Assembly: GCA_025594325.1 (NCBI GenBank)
Contig: JANHCV010000009.1
Span: forward strand, 1,426,001 to 1,490,000
DNA: 64,000 nt
Origin: Blastocladiella emersonii ATCC 22665
Taxonomy: Eukaryota; Fungi; Blastocladiomycota
Reading direction: 5' to 3'
Part shown: positions 57,903-64,000 of the stretch, in pieces
How positions within the stretch are numbered: the stretch's first letter is position 1
Layout: every line of letters starts with the position of its first letter
Notes under the pieces: generated by a model
Told to the model about the DNA's origin: nothing
Databases searched by the model: none
The model's input: only the letters and a program-made list of their open reading frames with translations
Translations under genes and position numbers: made by a program

Positions 57903-58808
57903 TCACGCGGCGTGCTTGGTCAGCCACTGCAGCGTGATGTCGATGTTGACCTGGTTCTTGGCCGACACGCTGTAGCAGGCGATCTCGCGCTGCGAATAGC
58001 TTTTGAGCTCCCTACACGTGGCGCACAAGTCGGTGAGACCCTGCACGAAACGCGTTCCACGCAGAAGCTGAGTCGTACAGCGCGTCGATCACGCCCTCGA
58101 CTGTCAAAGCTCCAGGCAGGTCGTTCTTATTGCCGAGGACGAGCAGTGGCACGTTGGCGAGCGTTGGCCGCTCGAGCAAACCGCGCAGCTCCTGCTTGGC
58201 GGCCTCGAGCTTGGTGTGGTCTGCGCTGTCGACGACGAACCTGGCAGGCGAGGGATCGGGGGCGAGCGTCAGTGGCGACGGACCGGAAAGCGGCGAGCGC
58301 ACGACGCGGGCGTACACGATGGCGTTGACGTTCCGGCAGTATCGTTCCCACATGCTGCGGAAGCGCGGCTGCCCGCCCACGTCCCACAGCTTCATGGTCA
58401 CCTTGCCCTTGGTGACCTTGCGCATGTTGAACCCGAGCGTCGGGATCTGTGCGGGCGTGCGGGTGCGCGAGGTCAGCTGCCGCTGTCGGGTGCGGCGGGC
58501 GAGCGACGGAGGCGCACCGTGTCTTCGGTAAACTCACCAGACTACACGGAAGCGGGAGAAGCTGGGTCAGCTCGAGTCGGGGCTGCGGGCGGATGGCCGG
58601 CAGACTCAACGTACCGCAATCACGTTCACGAGCGTCGACTTGCCGCTCGCTTGGAGTCCTGGAGGCGGTGCGACAGGGCGCAGTGAGTACGGGTTACTGG
58701 CACCACGCAGACCCGTGCGCGAGACGCACCGACGAGTGTCACCTCCATCTCCTGCGCGAAGAAGAGTGACCGGATCCAGTCGAGGAGCGACTTGAACAGG
58801 AACGACAT
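57903..58808 (-). CDS. ARL8: ARF-like small GTPase ARL8, multi-exon
   Basis: [35 protein letters not shown]...[38 protein letters not shown]...[14 protein letters not shown]...[22 protein letters not shown]. Confidence 0.96.
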
Positions 58809-59699
58809 GGTGGCAGCGTCGATGCAGCGGTGTGGTGGTGGCGGTGGTGTTGCGAGCGCTCACCGGACAGCGGCAAGAGTCGTCGAGATGGAGGGCGGGT
58901 GTGGCGTCGAGCGAGGCGCCGGTGCAACAGGGAAGCAGGGCGTCGATGACCCGAGCAGTGTCGTTGGGGCGGTGCGGCGGAGCGAGTGCACCAAGTAGCG
59001 CGGTGTGCGGTTCGGAGCTGATACGTGGGATGCGTTGGCGCGCGATGGCGATGGGAGCGAGCGCCGGCTGCGACTGTCGCGCAGAGTTCTTCCTCTGCCC
59101 GCGCCGCGCCGCGCCGAGCGCCAAATCCGGCCTCCCTTCTCACTCTCCCTCTGCGCCAACCCTTGACGCGAATGGCCCGCCAACTCGCGCGAATGGTGAA
59201 GAATACTCGGCGCTCGCCCGTGTGAAAGTTCTGGCCGTGTTCGGGCGAGCGGTGAGGCTCCCACGGCGCGAAGGGCGGCCGGGCGGCCACTTCACCCCCT
59301 GCAGCCGCGCTGGCCGTTGATTAATCATCACCGTCCGCCGTCCGCGGGTACGACCGTGCGGTGGGACTGGGCGGGCCCGCGCGAGCGGCAACGTCGCTCG
59401 GTTGACGCGATCGGGGCGCACGTGAGCCGTGGAACGCGTCTCACAGGCTGTCTCACGGCATCGTTCCTCGGCTCTAACCTTCTCACATCGCTCCTGATGC
59501 TAGGCGAACATGAAACTCGATGCAACTGATTCCACGAGACCACGTTAATACGCAGTGGTGCTCTGCGACTCCTCGCGCGCCGCGAAGGCGAGCTCGCCGC
59601 GGCTGTCTTGATCGCGCTCAGGCGCCTGACTCGCTCCACCGAAATACGAGGGATCGCTGGAACTTTTAAACTAGTCTCAGCTGATGTGTTGTCTACTCT

Positions 59700-60955
59700 G
59701 TGCTATTTGGACCTTGAGTCGGGCAGCGCTGGGTCACGGAAACGGCGCTGTCGCGCTCGACCGAAAGACCGTCGTGTGTACGCGGACCGGGCGGCTGCTG
59801 GCCAGCTTCTCAACCGTCTCTGCCGGTGCGTGCCCGCGCGCGACGCCGTCGGCCGACGTGGACGACGACGACGAGCCCGCGGTCCCCGCCGCGTCCGAGA
59901 TCGACCCCATCACGGTCCTGCGCATCTTCCCGGGCAACTGGGCCATGAATCTCATAAACCGCGTCTTTGGCCCGCTCGCCGCTGCGTGCCGCACCGACGT
60001 GCCCGAGGAGACCATCCTTGCCAACTGGTAACTCATGCTCTCCTTCAACGGCGCCACCAGCGGCCGCCACCACGTTCTCAACCCCGGCGAGAACGTGCTT
60101 GGCACCCTTGCCGCCATGTGGAAGCAGGCCGAGGAGGACGCCGCGCCCTCGGCGAACTCGACGGCCTCCGCTTTGCCCGCCATCTCGTCGTCCATCCGCC
60201 TCATACTGCACCAGCACTCGTTTTTCGCCAGCAAGGGCGAGGGCTCGCCGTCCACGGCGACGCGCAACCTCGCGCCCGCGCTGGCCACCACCGCCGCGAC
60301 TGGCGCCGCCCTGATCCGCATCGAGCTGCAGCAGCCCGCGGCCGCGGCAGCTGTAGACCCGACGGCCGCCGTCGACGAGCTGCCCGTGCGCATGGCCAAG
60401 ACGCTCAATGTCGACCGCTCGTCGCCCGCGTCCGTGGTCATGCGCGCCGCGCTCAAAAGGTACTCGCTCGCCGAGGGCCGCAGCGTCGGCGAGCTCCCCG
60501 AGTTTGAGCCGTACGGCCCGTCGCCATCCACGAGCGTCCTCGCCCTCGACGCGCCGCTGCCGCTCGACGCGGCGTCTGGTGGCAAGGCGACGCCGACCTT
60601 CACGCTGCGCCGCGTCGCGACCGCCGTCACGCGGACCACGCTCACGCTCGCCGTCACGTCGCCAACGGTCGAGGAGGCCGCGGGAAGCGTCAAGCTCCGC
60701 GTGCCCGGCCCGCCCGAGGGCTCGTCGCGGTCGCCCGCGCCCGGCGAGGTCGTCTCGCCCGGCTCGTCCAACAAGCGGTTCTCGGAGCTCTTTTCCGAGG
60801 CACAGCAGCTCGGCCTCACACGCATCTTCAACGAGGACGCGGTGGCCGCGGAAGCGATGGGTGCCTGGAGCGCTCTGGAATCCGTGTGCACAGTGTCAGA
60901 GGGCAAATTTATAGTCACAATCACTACGTTTATGTGCTCGACAAAGGCTTCATGA
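59700..60955 (+). pseudogene. Possible Ras-association (RA)-domain protein fragment with an in-frame TAA at 60029-60031
   Basis: VLRIFPGN and KTLNVDRSSPASVVMRAALKRYSL resemble fungal RA-domain motifs. Two in-frame ORFs are separated by a stop. Confidence 0.35.
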
Positions 60956-62758
60956 GTTGAGTCGCCTCGGGTGGTCGAGCTGCAACCTGTCACTCGGAAT
61001 GAAATTGTCTCACACCTGTCACGTGCTTTCGCGACGCGTGAGGCACATGGAGGCCGCCTGCCACTTCTGCGATACGTGGCACGTATACTCCATGCAACAC
61101 GTTAAACTAGACGCCTTCAGGCGATCAGTAATGTCAAGCGGTCATACATTAAGCTGAGCTTCCGCTCCTCCTTGGTCTGCTGCTCGCAGTCGTGCTTAAC
61201 GACCTGTCCGTATTCAAGGCGACCGCAACGGCGGCGGAGCGAGCGGAGGCAGTCCGGTCGGTCTGCAGCATGTGCGTGGAACGGCCGCGGAACAGGGAGC
61301 CCGGGCCGGACAAACCGATGGAGGCGCACAAGACCAGGTGCAACACGCAGATACGCTCGCAGGTCGCGGCAGACACTAACTAGCGGGTAAATCAGTTGGG
61401 CAAGAAATTCCAGCCGCAAAGCAGCTGGACTCGCCCTCGTTCGTAAGCGAGTCGACACACGGGCAGCGCGAGCCGCGGCTGTAACTATGTCCGCGCAGGG
61501 TCGCCGTTGCTGCGTATAAGAAAATGGTCTCCACGAGGTCAAAATACATGGTATTTGAAATGGTGCGAGAGATGCCGAGCTATGACTCGATCGGATTGCG
61601 TTGTCGCGAGCGGGAGCGGGGAGGGCCCCTCGCGCCACGCACTGCATTGCATTCACGATGCATACATGTATGTTTCGAGTGAGTGACCAAGTAATACTTA
61701 ATGCACTGTGAGCTGAGATCATATAATATTGCACGCGACTCGTCTCGCACCTCACGCATCACGCGTCGATCAATCACGTGAGCTGCGAGACAGTTTCGCG
61801 TCTCCTTTTCGTCGAGGCGCTTGACGCTCGATTTTGAGCGAGGCACGCGGCCATGAGTTGAAGAGGAGCAATGTAGAAGTTGAAGTCTATGTAGTGATAT
61901 CGGAGGAGGGGGGAAACCGACCCGCGCTCCTTCAGGAAGTCGAGTTGGTCGCGGACGAGGCGATGCGACGCGAGCGGGCGTCAAAGGTCTGGGTAGCAGT
62001 CGGCCATGGGTGAGGAAGAGAGCGAGGACAAAGGGGATGTACAAGAGTGACGATCTGGATGTCGTGAGGATGAGGTGCGTGCACGGCGACCAGAGCGGCG
62101 GAACAGGAGCACGGGTTTAGGCTCGAGCATGTCAACCGACGACCAAAAGTCGCTGCGCCGTGTTTCTCGGCAGGTTGTTGCGGCGGTCGCGCGGGAAGTC
62201 GAGGAGGAACGCGGCACCGATACAAGGAGCGGGCTGCTCGCGCGCATGCTTTGCGCCGCACGGCGCGAGGTTGCGGCCATGTATGCAGTGGTCGTTGATT
62301 TGCGACGGCAGGAGCGCGATGCGTTGGAGGCGACCTCAAGGGGACACCCGAGCCGTAGAAGCAGCTGAGGCGGGAGCGCCGAGGTGCGCGTGTCGTTGAT
62401 GAAGATCGTGTGCGCGAGTCGGGTAGAATGTTGAGGAGAACAGTAGCGAACAGCATTCGATGCGCGCGCGCGAGAAGGTTATGACGTCGTTGTTGGTTCA
62501 CGTCGCGCCGCGCGACAGTTGATGCGCGTGTAGCGGACGATGTGCGTCGACAGGAAAAGCTCGCGGTCTACAAGCGGGTTTTGAAGGTTAGTCTCGAGCG
62601 CAAGGTTTTGAACGGACGTAGGGATACGTACAAGGAGAGAGTTCGAAAAGAGTTGGGAAGCAACGAAAGTAGGATCGCGACAAGTAGAGCGCCAGAGGTG
62701 GTCAGGAGCGAGACCGCGGGCAGCGCGCGATGGTAAACACGAGATGACCCAGCGTCGC

Positions 62759-64000
62759 TCAATCAAAGATCTGGAGCTCCTCCTCCTCCTTGCCCTCTTC
62801 GACGACTTTGGCCTTCTTGCGCGAGTACGGGCGGAGCCAATCGGGTAGATCGTCGTCAGCGCTCGAGGGCTCACGGCGAGGGATCGGAATGCCAAGCAGG
62901 AAGGAGAGGCCAGTTCCGTAGACGGGTTGACGAGGAGGAAAAGCCGTTACCGCGGAGGACGAGTCAGACGCGTTACCCGGAGCCGCTGCGCAAGGCGAGA
63001 AAGTAGCGGACGACGTCGGCGAGGTTGAGCGGAAAGCGCTGCCGAGAAGGTCCAAGAGGTTGTTGTCGCGGCCGCCGCTCCTGCCGCCGGGCATGACGCG
63101 CTTGGGCTCAGGCGCAGCGTCAAGAACACTGCGCGCTGCGCTGTCGAGCTGGTGCTCGAGGCTTTCCACCTCGCGGTTGTGAACAATCTTGCCGATCCAG
63201 TCCGCGAGGCGATGAGCACTGCTGTCTTGGGGTGCCGGCGCGGGACCGCGGCTGCCACGCGCGCGAGCGGTTGCACGAGCGGAGTCGAGAGAAGCCAAGC
63301 GAGCCCGGACGTTGCGTGAGAGCTGGCTCGACGGCGAGGCCGAATCGTGCGTGCTGCCAGTAGCGGACGTGCTGTTGAGGGCCTGCGTGAAGTGCGAGCC
63401 CGACGTATCCATGGCCGATGAGTCGCCCGAGTCGAGATTCGACGGTGACGCGGCGCGCGAGTCGGACTTCATAAACTTGGTCCCATGTGCGTCAGTCGAC
63501 GAAGAGGAAGCGCCAGAGTCGACGCACCCCGCCGAGCGCGGCGCAGTACCGGTCGCCGCGAAGCTGTTGGTCGCGATGGACACGGCGCCAGCGGTTGGCG
63601 AGGTACGAGTGGAGAATGGTGCCGAGCTCGCGGTCAAGACGCTGTCAGAAGTTACCGAGGTGCCGTTGAGCGACATGGATCCTGAGCAGCCGGGGACCGT
63701 GGCGGAGCGAGTGTTCAAAGATGGCGAAGCGGCGGCCGCCGAAACCGAGGCGTCGAGTTCCATGAAACTGGATGCGGGCGCGCCGAGTTGCTGCTGGTCA
63801 CCAAGAGAAATCGAGTCGAGCGCCGCTGCCAATGGCGGAGCGGAAGGTAATGGAAGCGGGATGGTCAAGCCAGTCAGCGTGCGCGGGTTGATGCGGGCGC
63901 GCTTCGAGACAATGAAGAAGCCGAGCGCAATCGAGTTGGTCGGGTCCACGTCGTCAAACGCGCGCTTACGCGGCCGTACCACGCCGTACTCGGACGGCAA
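62759..64000 (-). CDS. Ser/Ala-rich, largely disordered hypothetical protein; the 5' end lies beyond the window
   Basis: 413-codon open frame running off the window end. Basic motifs RPRKRAFDD and RPYSRKKAK; no domain recognised. Confidence 0.55.
   Translation of the reverse strand: MPSEYGVVRPRKRAFDDVDPTNSIALGFFIVSKRARINPRTLTGLTIPLPLPSAPPLAAALDSISLGDQQQLGAPASSFMELDASVSAAAASPSLNTRSATVPGCSGSMSLNGTSVTSDSVLTASSAPFSTRTSPTAGAVSIATNSFAATGTAPRSAGCVDSGASSSSTDAHGTKFMKSDSRAASPSNLDSGDSSAMDTSGSHFTQALNSTSATGSTHDSASPSSQLSRNVRARLASLDSARATARARGSRGPAPAPQDSSAHRLADWIGKIVHNREVESLEHQLDSAARSVLDAAPEPKRVMPGGRSGGRDNNLLDLLGSAFRSTSPTSSATFSPCAAAPGNASDSSSAVTAFPPRQPVYGTGLSFLLGIPIPRREPSSADDDLPDWLRPYSRKKAKVVEEGKEEEELQIFD

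Overview
Eukaryotic, GC-rich window with short GT-AG introns. It most likely comes from a flagellated (zoosporic) fungus such as a blastoclad or chytrid; this is inferred from the DNAAF6/PIH1D3 axonemal dynein factor, the fungal-style introns and the lineage-type F-box-like and LRR families. Most of the window is a decaying accessory region holding about 9 copies of two related F-box-like gene families, nearly all broken. Main discovery: a ~6.8 kb endogenous Polinton-like-virus capsid module (46.75-53.55 kb). It encodes a large Q/N-rich ORF, an A32-type packaging ATPase, a double-jelly-roll major capsid protein, a small amphipathic protein, a penton and micro-ORFs. All five plus-strand genes whose 5' ends survive share an exactly spaced TT(G/C)TTG-N8-TAAA upstream motif. 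Four separate inactivating changes are all explained by CpG->TpG transitions, and the right end carries a palindrome. Also present: (1) a divergent pair of a cellulose-synthase-like GT2 and a membrane-anchored GH26; (2) an 8.6 kb hAT transposon that splits a host gene, with an 8-bp TSD, a hairpin-type (P-nucleotide-like) footprint at one end, a second passenger gene, and the same 37-bp hairpin minisatellite in introns of both genes; (3) an RPC1 pseudogene fragment; (4) apparently intact ARL8, DNAAF6 and DUF4470-like genes. All homology calls come from motif recognition by eye; no database searches were run.
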